A stretch of DNA of 64,000 nucleotides, taken from contig JBNPEG010000056.1 in NCBI GenBank assembly GCA_051117555.1, positions 1 to 64,000 on the forward strand. The letters are read 5' to 3'. The first letter of the stretch is position 1, and the number at the start of each line of letters is the position of its first letter. Below are positions 9,984 through 19,239 of the stretch, in pieces. The DNA is from Elainellaceae cyanobacterium. GTDB taxonomy: Bacteria > Cyanobacteriota > Cyanobacteriia > CAZCXK01. Below the pieces are notes generated by a model that was not told the DNA's origin, made no database searches, and saw only the letters and a program-made list of their open reading frames with translations. Both the position numbers and the translations under genes were made by a program.

Positions 9984-11561
9984 ATGGCACGTCTGGCATT
10001 GCTGAGCGTCTCCGATAAAACGGGGCTTGTAGAATTAGCTCGCAGCTTGGTTGAAGAATTTGAATTTGAATTGCTCAGTAGCGGTGGCACCGCAAGCGCC
10101 CTGCAAGCAGCGGACATTCCAGTGACCAAAGTTTCAGACTATACGGGGTCGCCAGAGATTTTGGGCGGACGGGTCAAAACTCTACACCCTCGAATTCATG
10201 GCGGCATTTTGGCGCGGCGCAATATGCCTCAAGATCTCATCGATTTAGAGGCGAACTCGATTCAGCCGATCGACTTGGTTGTGGTCAATCTCTATCCCTT
10301 TGAGCAGACGATCGCCCAATCAGAGGTGACACTACCCGAGGCGATCGAGCAAATTGATATTGGAGGCCCCGCGATGCTGAGAGCGGCTGCCAAGAATTTT
10401 GCCAATCTGACCGTGCTCTGTCATCCCGATCAGTATGGAGCGTATGTGCAAGAACTGCGCCAGCATCAGGGTGACGCGTCGCTTGCATTTCGCCATACCT
10501 GCGCTCGACGGGCGTTTTGGCTGACCTCGGTGTATGACCAGGCGATCGCCAACTATCTCGGCAGCCAACCCTCGTCCACGAAGTATGAATCGTCACAGGA
10601 AACAGCAGGAAACGATTTGCCCGATCCGTTTACCCTCACTGGGCAGACGCTCCAAACGCTGCGCTATGGCGAAAATCCGCATCAGCCTGCATCGTGGTAT
10701 CAAACGGGAACGGTGCCCGGCGGGTGGGCGGCAGCCGAGAAACTCCAAGGAAAAGAATTGAGCTATAACAACCTAGTGGATTTGGAGGCGGCGCGGCAAA
10801 TTATCGCCGAGTTTGTAGAGGGTCGCCCGGCGGCAGCAGTCTTAAAGCATACCAATCCGTGTGGGGTTGCGTGCGGAGATAGCTTACTAGACGCCTATGA
10901 AAAGGCATTTGCAGCAGATTCGGTGTCAGCCTTTGGGGGCATTGTTGCCCTGAACCAGCCTATTGATGCACCCACAGCAACTGCCCTAACGAAGACATTT
11001 CTAGAATGCGTGGTTGCGCCAGGATGTGACCCAGAGGCGAGAGAGATTCTCCAGGCCAAATCGAAGGTGCGGGTATTGGTGCTGCCCAACCTCACTCAAG
11101 GTCCTACGCAAACGGTGAAATCGATCGCGGGAGGCTTTTTAGTGCAATCCGCCGATGATGAACCCACCGACCCGACGCAGTGGAAGGTCGTAACGGAGGC
11201 TCAACCCACGACTCAGCAGTTCGAAGAACTTGTGTTTGCTTGGAATGTGGTCAAACATGTCAAATCGAATGCGATTGTCGTCACGCGCGATCGCACGACC
11301 CTGGGCATTGGCGCCGGGCAGATGAATCGCGTGGGATCAGTCCAAATCGCCCTAGAGCAAGCGGGCGAACCGGCAACCGGAGCGATTCTAGCGAGCGATG
11401 GATTTTTCCCCTTTGATGACTCCGTGCGGATGGCAGCAGCAGCGGGTATTTTGGCGATCGCCCAGCCCGGCGGCAGCCTGCGCGATCACGATTCTATTCA
11501 GGCCGCAAACGAACTCGGTCTAGTCATGATGTTTACGGGGATTCGCCATTTTCTGCACTGA
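9984..11561 (+). CDS. purH: AICAR transformylase/IMP cyclohydrolase
   Basis: ALLSVSDK, GRVKTLHP, LRYGENPHQ, KHTNPCG and RHFLH motifs. Confidence 0.97.
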   Translation: MARLALLSVSDKTGLVELARSLVEEFEFELLSSGGTASALQAADIPVTKVSDYTGSPEILGGRVKTLHPRIHGGILARRNMPQDLIDLEANSIQPIDLVVVNLYPFEQTIAQSEVTLPEAIEQIDIGGPAMLRAAAKNFANLTVLCHPDQYGAYVQELRQHQGDASLAFRHTCARRAFWLTSVYDQAIANYLGSQPSSTKYESSQETAGNDLPDPFTLTGQTLQTLRYGENPHQPASWYQTGTVPGGWAAAEKLQGKELSYNNLVDLEAARQIIAEFVEGRPAAAVLKHTNPCGVACGDSLLDAYEKAFAADSVSAFGGIVALNQPIDAPTATALTKTFLECVVAPGCDPEAREILQAKSKVRVLVLPNLTQGPTQTVKSIAGGFLVQSADDEPTDPTQWKVVTEAQPTTQQFEELVFAWNVVKHVKSNAIVVTRDRTTLGIGAGQMNRVGSVQIALEQAGEPATGAILASDGFFPFDDSVRMAAAAGILAIAQPGGSLRDHDSIQAANELGLVMMFTGIRHFLH

Positions 11562-11572
11562 GTTCGAATTCT

Positions 11573-11600
11573 GTAGGGGCGTTTCGCGAAACGCCCCTAC
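11573..11600. repeat. REP-like palindrome GTAGGGGCGTTTCGCGAAACGCCCCTAC
   Basis: Perfect 28-bp palindrome starting with GTAG just after purH. May act as a terminator. Confidence 0.75.
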
Positions 11601-11700
11601 CAAACACCCCAATGAAGAAGCCGGGGATCTGCGAGTCCGGTTTACAACGGTGAGACACTGTAAAGCAGATTGGCTATGCTTGAGTTTCTGAGTTTTCTGA

Positions 11701-12717
11701 ATGCATATGTCGTCTGATCCTCAACGGTCTAACCAATCACCTGACCAATCGTCTGACTCGACGATGATCCACGTGACTCTCTTACTCGACGGAGGCCATC
11801 AGCACTCTCTCTCGCTGCCGTCTGATGCGCCCCTTCTCAAGCGATTATTCACGCTGATTGCCCAGCAGTCTGCTCAGCCTACAGGCCAGCTCATTCAGAT
11901 TCCGATTCAGTCAGGCAAGGCCATCTTGAGCTTCCGGAGCGATCGCCTCGTAGGGTTAGTAACCGAACCCCCGCTGATTGTGCAATCTGCACCGTCCCCT
12001 CAATCTGTTCAGCCGGATGCTGCGACTCAGAAAGCTGCACTAACTGCACACTCGTCAAATCCTTCAACTGAGAGCAACTCACCCCAACCAGCTCCTCGGC
12101 AGCTATCGTCGCCCAGCGATCGCCCCGATCCAGTGCTTGCATCCCAGTGCGTCCAAGTTGATCAATTTTTAACGTCCCATCAGCACCAAGCCCTAATCGA
12201 CTTCACCCTCAACAGCCGCGAGGCATTTGTTTCGAGCAGCACATCAACCGGAGAAGCCGACTATCGCAAGTCATTTGTCTTGCACACGTTTCCAGACTTT
12301 GCAGAGCTGATTCGACAGCGTATTCACGCCCTGTTTCCTGACGTGATTGCCAAGCTTGATTTGCCTCCGTTTGCGATCGCCCAAATCGAGTCGCAGTTGA
12401 CTGCTCACAACCACGGGCACTACTACAAAGTCCACAACGACAACGGCAGCGCCGACACGGCAACCCGGGAGCTAACCTACGTCTACTACTTCTATCGAGA
12501 GCCTAAACCTTTCTCAGGCGGCGAACTGCGCGTCTACGACAGCCAGATTAAGAACAACTACTACGTCAAGGCAGCATCCTTTCAAGACATCGAGCCGCGC
12601 AACAATAGCATCGTGTTTTTCTTGAGCCGCTACATGCACGAGGTATTGCCGATTGCCTGCCCAACGCGCGACTTTGCCGATAGCCGCTTTACGATCAACG
12701 GCTGGATTCGTCGATAA
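11701..12717 (+). CDS. 2OG-Fe(II) oxygenase (prolyl hydroxylase-like) with N-terminal extension
   Basis: HND...H(EV) iron triad, GGEL and RFTINGW motifs. Confidence 0.88.
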   Translation: MHMSSDPQRSNQSPDQSSDSTMIHVTLLLDGGHQHSLSLPSDAPLLKRLFTLIAQQSAQPTGQLIQIPIQSGKAILSFRSDRLVGLVTEPPLIVQSAPSPQSVQPDAATQKAALTAHSSNPSTESNSPQPAPRQLSSPSDRPDPVLASQCVQVDQFLTSHQHQALIDFTLNSREAFVSSSTSTGEADYRKSFVLHTFPDFAELIRQRIHALFPDVIAKLDLPPFAIAQIESQLTAHNHGHYYKVHNDNGSADTATRELTYVYYFYREPKPFSGGELRVYDSQIKNNYYVKAASFQDIEPRNNSIVFFLSRYMHEVLPIACPTRDFADSRFTINGWIRR

Positions 12718-12724
12718 CTCCGAA

Positions 12725-13267
12725 TCATGACCAATTCAACACAATCGGATACGTAGATATCACAAAGACCACCACCGCAAGAATCGCCAGCAATCCATCC
12801 ACAATATTGCCGAGAATCGTTCCAAATACGGTTCCGACGCTTGCCTTGAGAGCCGTTCTAAATTTGGATTCTCCTTCGACCGAGCGGCGAGACAGATATT
12901 CGCCAAGAAACGCGCCGATAAACGGTCCGATGAGCACACCGAGAATTGGCCCCCCAATGGGCAAGGCAGGTAATAGCCCCAGTGCGCCGACCACCAGCCC
13001 AATAATGGCTCCAAACTGGCCCCACTTAGTCGCTCCAAACTGCTTTGCTCCCCAATAGGCCGCTAAAAATTCGACTAGGGCGCTCAAGACAAGAATGGTG
13101 AAGACGATGATGATTGGCCAGCCAATCCCGGTAAATTGAGTGGCGATCGCCCATACCAAGATTGAGCCTAAAATCAGGCTGGCTCCGGGGGTGCCTGGAA
13201 TCAGTTCACCCACCGCGCCGATCACCATCACAGCAACCAATATCCAATATAAAAGTGTGAGATCCAT
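12725..13267 (-). CDS. DUF456 family membrane protein
   Basis: P..PG..LI, GAKQFGA.KWG..GA and GPFIGAFLGE motifs. Confidence 0.85.
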   Translation of the reverse strand: MDLTLLYWILVAVMVIGAVGELIPGTPGASLILGSILVWAIATQFTGIGWPIIIVFTILVLSALVEFLAAYWGAKQFGATKWGQFGAIIGLVVGALGLLPALPIGGPILGVLIGPFIGAFLGEYLSRRSVEGESKFRTALKASVGTVFGTILGNIVDGLLAILAVVVFVISTYPIVLNWS

Positions 13268-13342
13268 GATGTGTCCTTCGGGTTTCGATTCGTGAGCGGC
13301 AGGGGAATAGCGGGGCAAATTTTCAGTTTTGTGATTGAATTT

Positions 13343-14209
13343 TCAGTTTTGTGATTGGAACTGGGGCGGCATGGCTTGAGCAAAGTCTTGTTGCCCCTCG
13401 TCTAGCTCCGGCGGAATGCCGTTGGGATATTCGTCTTCAATTTGTTCTTCAAGGCGAGCAATGCGATTGTCTGGATAGGGATGGGTGCTTAAGAATTCGG
13501 GCGGACGCCCCCCTGACTCACCCGCCTGACTCAACACCTGCATTAGTTCGACGAGCCCTTGGGGAGAATAGTCTGCCTCCGTCATAAACTGGAATCCGAG
13601 GCGATCGCTCTCTATCTCATCATTTCGGCTGTAGTTGAGATTAATCAGTTGATTCACCGCCTGAGCAATCAGCGCCGCCTGTCGAGCACTTTGAGCGTCA
13701 TCTCCACTGGCAGCAACCCCAATCGCACCCACCAATGTCGCGCCAAGCTGTCGCCGCGCTAGTTGCTCTGCCCCGTGGCGCGCCACCACATGCCCGACTT
13801 CGTGCCCCAATACTCCAGCAAGTTGCGCTTCCGAGTCTAAGCGGCTCAGCAACCCTGAGGTGATAAAGACTTGACCACCCGGCAGGGCTAATGCATTTAC
13901 CGTGTCGGGCGCGTCTAAGACGTGAAATTCAAACGGGTAGGGAGACTCAGACGCCTCTGACTGCTGCACAACGCTTTGTCCGACTTCGTCAATGTAGGAT
14001 TGCAGAGACTCACTAGGATAGAGCCCCCCAAATTCGGAAACCACGTCTTTGCGCCCCTGCTGCCCCAACACGATTTCTTGCTGAGGCGTCAGTGCAACCC
14101 GCTGTGATTCGCCGGTAATGGGGTTTTCAGTGACGCTGCTGCAATAGTTTACTAGCCCAAATAGCGCAAACACCACTCCCAACAACAAACGGACGACTAA
14201 CTTGCTCAC
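13343..14209 (-). CDS. M48 family zinc metallopeptidase
   Basis: NALALPGG, HEVGH, YSR..E.E.D and FLSTHP motifs. Confidence 0.92.
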   Translation of the reverse strand: MSKLVVRLLLGVVFALFGLVNYCSSVTENPITGESQRVALTPQQEIVLGQQGRKDVVSEFGGLYPSESLQSYIDEVGQSVVQQSEASESPYPFEFHVLDAPDTVNALALPGGQVFITSGLLSRLDSEAQLAGVLGHEVGHVVARHGAEQLARRQLGATLVGAIGVAASGDDAQSARQAALIAQAVNQLINLNYSRNDEIESDRLGFQFMTEADYSPQGLVELMQVLSQAGESGGRPPEFLSTHPYPDNRIARLEEQIEDEYPNGIPPELDEGQQDFAQAMPPQFQSQN

Positions 14210-14410
14210 AGCACCTGCTCCACATCGTTCGACGCAACCGTATCACGCGTAGTAGACAGTAAGCATCTAACCGGAGAATTAAACTAGACCTCGTGCGCGG
14301 AGCTAGATGAGGAAAGTATCGCTTGGCAGACGCGCGATCGGGACTCTGATTGCATTGATCCACTCTGACGAAGTTGCTCGATTGCTGACCTACAGAACAA
14401 CCTAATGCAA

Positions 14411-14695
14411 GCAAGTCCATAATTTTCACAGGCAAGCCTATTGCAGAGACGGGCAAGCCTATGATTGTCACAGGTGAGCCTATGATTGGCTACGGGCAAG
14501 CCTATAGTTTTCACAGATGAAGCCTGTCTCTGAGAGGGGCGAGCCTGTGATTTTTACAGGTGAGCCTATGATTTTTACAGGCGAGCCTATGATTGGCTAC
14601 AGGCGAACCCATAATTTTCCCAGGTAAACCCTGTCTCTGAGAGAGGCAAGCCTATGATTTTCATACGCCAGGTTGTGGTTTTTGCAGGCGAGCCA
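14411..14695. repeat. Degenerate tandem array of about 13-14 units of 21-22 bp (core CAGGCRAGCCT plus ~10 variable nt)
   Basis: Units such as GCAAGCCTATGATTGTCACAG, GTGAGCCTATGATTTTTACAG and GCGAGCCTATGATTGGCTACAG. Confidence 0.85.
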
Positions 14696-14832
14696 TTAAC
14701 GCGTAATCGGGAGCTAGATAATTAAAGCGATCGCCATCTCTCCCATCTAGATCCCCGGCTTCTTCTATTAACCCCCAAGACGTTGGACTTAATTCAGAAG
14801 CCGAGGATCTTCTCCCGCTGGATTATTCAAGA

Positions 14833-15060
14833 GCGATCGCCCGACCTGATTGACTGACAAAACTTTGATTGGCGGCAGTTAAAACTGCTGCTATACGGGC
14901 GAAACCCGCCTTCGTCTTCGGCATGCTGCGCATTCATGTCGCTTGCGAAACGCGGATTGAGAACAGTCGACAAAGGTCGACTTTGTTTGTGTAGGCGCGG
15001 TTTACTCTTCGAGAAGCCGCAAGCGTCTATAACCGCCAGCCTCTGATCCAATGCGATCGC
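14833..15060 (+). repeat. 228-bp HIP1-bounded structured repeat, copy 1
   Basis: Matches 18146-18373 with 4 mismatches by eye. Begins and ends with GCGATCGC. Confidence 0.92.
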
Positions 15061-15212
15061 CCAACATCTTAAAACAGCAGCGAACATCGTAATGCGATCG
15101 CTCAATGTATTAATGCGATCGCCCAACCCGTTAAGACGAAGCTGCACTGTATTCATAATCCGTCCCAATAGTGTAGGCTCTATAGGTTTACCTTCTCTGA
15201 ACCCATTACTCT

Positions 15213-17363
15213 TTATTCTCCAATAAGTGCTTTGAATCGCGCATCATCTCGAATGGCATCAAAATCTGAATCGGTTTTAGCTTTTTCTCGGCAAGCTGCA
15301 TCTAGCTCAATGGCATGGCGCAAAGAATCAATTGCGTCGTCGGCTTTGCCCCACAGAGCATAGCAACGGGCTTTGGCATACCAGGCTCGGTAATCATCAG
15401 GTTGAATATCTATGGCTCGATCGTAGCTAGAAATTGCTTCTTCAAATCGTTGTAGCGTTTGTAAAGCTAATCCTTTAGCTCCCCACGCATTGTAATAGTC
15501 TGCTTTGATGGCGATCGCCTGATCATAGCTAGCGATCGCTTCCTCATTGCGGCCTAAGTAATAGAGCGCATTCCCACGGTTGTACCACGCTAGGGGATCG
15601 TCTGCATTAATGGCGATCGCCTGATCATAGCTTTTAATCGCGTCCTCGTTGCGGCCTAAGGCAGAGAGCGCATTCCCACGGTTTCCCCATGCTTTGTGAA
15701 AGTCCGCTTTGATGGCGATCGCCTGATCATAGCTAGCGATCGCGTCCTCTTTACGGCCTAAGGCAGAGAGCTCATTCCCACGGAAGCACCACACAACATA
15801 ATCGTCTGCGTTGATGGCGATCGCCTGATCATAGCTGGCAATCGCGTCCTCTTTGCGGCCTAAGTCAGAGAGCGCACTCCCTCGTACTACAAAGAGTGCA
15901 CCACTTAACTCCGATTCAGTTTCAAATCTCAACAATGTATCAATGCTTGCAATTGTCTCTTTATAAAAATTTAGGGTGTAGGCAAACGCAGCGAATCGTG
16001 CTAAAGAAGATGGTATTTGTGTTAATGATGCATGGGGCAATTTCAGCAATATTCGCGAGAGCTTTGGTAGATATTCACCGACTTCAATCGATTTGCCTTT
16101 TGCTTCAATCTGACCATCACGAGGTTCTAAAATGCGCTCTACTTTAATCAAATAGTCCAATGCTTGATGAATTAGCCATCGGTTTTGGAGCCGTTTCAAC
16201 CAATTGCCACCTGCGATGAGTCTTGCGGTTGGGGCAACCGTAAAATCATAAAGATCAACATTAACCGCTTGCAGCAAATCTACAGCATCATACACATGTC
16301 GAGCCGCTGGAAACTTTTTCACTGCATCGTTGTATCGCTGTTCCCATGTTCCTCTTAGCGATGAACGAAACGTGATTTGAGTGAGAGTTTGATTCCGGTT
16401 TCTCGCGGTGACCAGATTCTCAATGACATTGCGAAACGTACAGTCATTTCGTCGGGCAATCGTTTCATAATCGTCTTCTTTGGCAGCAACACCCGATCTG
16501 AGCACCGTCTCTTCTAACACGCTAACGATCGCTTCGTTATCGGGTTCAGGCAGGTTGTAATGGTTAAACTGATCCCAAAACTTTGGATACTGCTCTAACC
16601 CCAGCATTTCCCTAGGACTCGGAACACCCGGTTTTTCAGAGGCGGTTTCATTTCGTGCTGTTGCAATCACACGAACGCGATCGGGACCGCATGCTCCTTC
16701 GTAATAGCTCAATGTGTGCAGCAGCCGCTCTTGCAGTGGAGTTTTGAGCAGTGGATCAGCGGAGGCGGTCTGTGCAGCCATGGGAATGCGCGGCTGACTG
16801 AGATACATCGCTTGATTGACGTTGTCTAAAAAGAACAAAATCTTGGGTTGAGTTCCTATCGTCTCAGCGGGAAACGTTGATGGAAGGCTCAGCAACTCAT
16901 GATTTTTGAGCTTGAGAATCGTCCAGCCTTCATTGTTTAAGATCTTCGCCAACTCTGCCGCTTCGCGCGTTTTGCCCAATCCTGTTTGCCCTAAGATCAG
17001 CAGCCATCGATGGGTTTGCAACCGCTGTTCGATTTCTCGTCGCACGCTGCCATCGCCTAACCGTGATTGATATGGAATATTGAAATCTGCAAGGCGATCG
17101 GTATTATCTTGTTCTGACCCCATCAACGGTTTGAGAGGATTTGGATGATGCGGCTTGATGACCGCAAATGGAAAATTTGGATCAGGCAATGATGCGGGTA
17201 GTTTGGGTCTGACGGCTTGCCACAGCTTAGGAACTCCCCAACGGATTGCTGCCCAACTCGTCCCCAAGACGGCAAAAATGACCGTGACAACAATGCCAGC
17301 CGTATCAGGATTATCGTTGACGAATTGCCAGATGTTTTGAATAACTTGGGAAATATCAGACAT
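15213..17363 (-). CDS. Membrane-anchored P-loop NTPase with C-terminal TPR array (STAND-like architecture)
   Basis: N-terminal TM, Walker A GQTGLGKT, Walker B-like FFLDN, about 6 TPR repeats of 34 aa, and a D.DFD.IR.D.RF terminal motif. Confidence 0.85.
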   Translation of the reverse strand: MSDISQVIQNIWQFVNDNPDTAGIVVTVIFAVLGTSWAAIRWGVPKLWQAVRPKLPASLPDPNFPFAVIKPHHPNPLKPLMGSEQDNTDRLADFNIPYQSRLGDGSVRREIEQRLQTHRWLLILGQTGLGKTREAAELAKILNNEGWTILKLKNHELLSLPSTFPAETIGTQPKILFFLDNVNQAMYLSQPRIPMAAQTASADPLLKTPLQERLLHTLSYYEGACGPDRVRVIATARNETASEKPGVPSPREMLGLEQYPKFWDQFNHYNLPEPDNEAIVSVLEETVLRSGVAAKEDDYETIARRNDCTFRNVIENLVTARNRNQTLTQITFRSSLRGTWEQRYNDAVKKFPAARHVYDAVDLLQAVNVDLYDFTVAPTARLIAGGNWLKRLQNRWLIHQALDYLIKVERILEPRDGQIEAKGKSIEVGEYLPKLSRILLKLPHASLTQIPSSLARFAAFAYTLNFYKETIASIDTLLRFETESELSGALFVVRGSALSDLGRKEDAIASYDQAIAINADDYVVWCFRGNELSALGRKEDAIASYDQAIAIKADFHKAWGNRGNALSALGRNEDAIKSYDQAIAINADDPLAWYNRGNALYYLGRNEEAIASYDQAIAIKADYYNAWGAKGLALQTLQRFEEAISSYDRAIDIQPDDYRAWYAKARCYALWGKADDAIDSLRHAIELDAACREKAKTDSDFDAIRDDARFKALIGE

Positions 17364-17466
17364 ATCTAGGGGCTAGCAACTATCGTCTTGATTCAAAACA
17401 ATCGTTTCCGTTTCCCCAAATTCTAGCCACACCATAACAATAAGGGGTTGGGTATAAAGAGCTGAT

Positions 17467-17521
17467 GTGTTGTCAGTCAACCAAGTGTTGTCAGTCAACC
17501 AAGTGTTGTCAGTCAACCAAG
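17467..17521. repeat. Perfect tandem 18-bp repeat x3 (GTGTTGTCAGTCAACCAA)
   Basis: Three identical adjacent units upstream of the NTPase-TPR gene. Confidence 0.9.
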
Positions 17522-17803
17522 ACGAACAGCGACAGAATTTTCCATCGTCGCACTAAATTACGCTAATACTGTTGTTTCTTTTTGCGCCTTGCGCTATGCT
17601 CTGCCATTAAGTGCTCAATCATGAGCAGCGTCCCCTAGCCGTGAGGCAACACGAACTAGGAGACTAACCTACCCATCTGTCACAGCAGACGGAAGGCTTT
17701 GGGTATTTTACTCCTGAATGCCATCCCGCTTTGCGATGCAATGTTGTGTGGGATGTCTTGTGGGTTGGGCACTTATTCCCAAAGCCAAACTAGGAGTTGC
17801 GAT

Positions 17804-18040
17804 ATGAATGACTTTACTAGCCCGCCGTCAGAAGGGGATAATTTTCCGTGCGCGAATGACAGTCCTGAGATTTTGCGCGTGATTGCGGTTGGTTCACTCA
17901 AAGCCGTCAATCATCACATTATGCACATGTATCAACTGGGCTATGCTGAACCCGGCGATTGGTCGCGCCCATTGCCGACCGTCAATCCCAATGAGGTGAT
18001 GCGAATTTTGACAAAACGCATCATGGGGCTGGGCAATTAA
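17804..18040 (+). CDS. Small conserved cyanobacterial hypothetical protein
   Basis: AGGAG RBS. The GS..AV...I..L..LGYAE..DWS..LPT.NP.EVM.IL pattern is recalled from a family of small cyanobacterial hypotheticals. Confidence 0.7.
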   Translation: MNDFTSPPSEGDNFPCANDSPEILRVIAVGSLKAVNHHIMHMYQLGYAEPGDWSRPLPTVNPNEVMRILTKRIMGLGN

Positions 18041-18145
18041 TCATCAGGCGATAGCGTAACGCATCAAAGCCTTGCGGGGTGGTGCGTTACGGCTACGCCT
18101 AACAGCACCCTACAGCACCGTTTATTTATGTTCACCTAACATAAT

Positions 18146-18373
18146 GCGATCGTCCGACCTGATTGACTGACAAAACTTTAATTGGCGGCAGTTAAAACTG
18201 CTGCTATACGGGCGAAACCCACCTTCGTCTTCGGCATGCTGCGCATTCATGTCGCTTGCGAAACGCGGATTGAGAACAGTCGACAAAGGTCGACTTTGTT
18301 TGTGTAGGCGCGGTTTACTCTTCGAGAAGCCGCAAGCGTCTATAACCGCCAGCCCCTGATCCAATGCGATCGC
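18146..18373 (+). repeat. 228-bp HIP1-bounded structured repeat, copy 2
   Basis: Direct repeat of 14833-15060. The left HIP1 has one mismatch (GCGATCGT). Confidence 0.92.
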
Positions 18374-18467
18374 ACCAAAACCCAAGACGATAGAACGGTG
18401 GTTCGATTTGAGCAAGCCGGGGCAGGCACGCTGATTTGCAGGCTTCTGAATGAATGAGAATCAATCC

Positions 18468-19115
18468 TTAAGACCGTCTTGGGAAGCGATCGCTCAGGTT
18501 ATCAATGGCGCCAGACCCTAGCCGATAGGCATCTTGAAGGCATTCTTGATAAATGCTGTTCACATCAAACTCTTGGAAAAACCGGCTTTCTTGAACTAAA
18601 CGATATTGCTCATCTTGAAGCCGGTAGATCTGAATCGACTGCTTCCTGACAATCCAAAGCTCACCGACTCGATAGGGCAGATAATCATCAACGCTCGTAT
18701 AAGACGTGACATCGCACTCGATCGCTAAGTCAGGGGGCGGAGCAGTTTGCCAGTCAATTCGACGCTGACCCACAACAGGCAATTCACCAATATAAAAAAA
18801 GTGGTCTGGAATGATGCCACTCTGCTCTGGCAAATTCATTGTTGTTTCATGATACGAGTCAAAGGGCAACCCCTGATGTCGCAGCAAGACTTTAACCATA
18901 TCAACCAAAATGTCGATCTGTTTGCCATGCTCAGGCAATGGCACCATGAGCAACACGTCTCCGTCGCGAAATTTTACTTTGGGCAATGGGCGATCGCCTA
19001 GTTGACTCACGACCTCTTGGTAGTCTTGCCACGTTCCTGGAACTTTCACCACCGTCCCAACTGGCAGATTAATCGCATCAGGTTTAACAATCACTCGAAT
19101 CATAAGACAGCTCAT
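18468..19115 (-). CDS. Uma2 family endonuclease-like protein
   Basis: P.PEH, PD.FFY, PPDLAIE.DVTS and V.ELW motifs. Confidence 0.9.
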   Translation of the reverse strand: MSCLMIRVIVKPDAINLPVGTVVKVPGTWQDYQEVVSQLGDRPLPKVKFRDGDVLLMVPLPEHGKQIDILVDMVKVLLRHQGLPFDSYHETTMNLPEQSGIIPDHFFYIGELPVVGQRRIDWQTAPPPDLAIECDVTSYTSVDDYLPYRVGELWIVRKQSIQIYRLQDEQYRLVQESRFFQEFDVNSIYQECLQDAYRLGSGAIDNLSDRFPRRS

Positions 19116-19136
19116 CGCCTCATAGACACGTGGCTT

Positions 19137-19239
19137 ATACCAATTCTAGATTTTGGATTTGCGATTTTGGATTGACGGCCACCAGCCTTGCAAGGGTTCT
19201 AGCCTGTGCATTGGTAGATTTACTTCGAAGAATTGGTAT
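19137..19239. mobile_element. MITE-like element with ATACCAATTCT / AGAATTGGTAT terminal inverted repeats
   Basis: 11-bp TIRs and a near-identical inverted copy at 22339-22441. Confidence 0.75.

Noticed and set aside
14411..14695. CRISPR array
   Set aside because: Units are only 21-22 bp, the variable parts recur rather than being unique spacers, and no cas genes are present.
14827..15168. ORFs 14827..15168 and 18122..18415 as paralogous proteins
   Set aside because: They are translations of a palindromic non-coding repeat, and their similarity ends at the repeat boundaries.
15420..15890. Diversity-generating retroelement TR/VR pair
   Set aside because: The repeats are in-frame TPR units, the differences are not adenine-specific, and there is no reverse transcriptase in the window.
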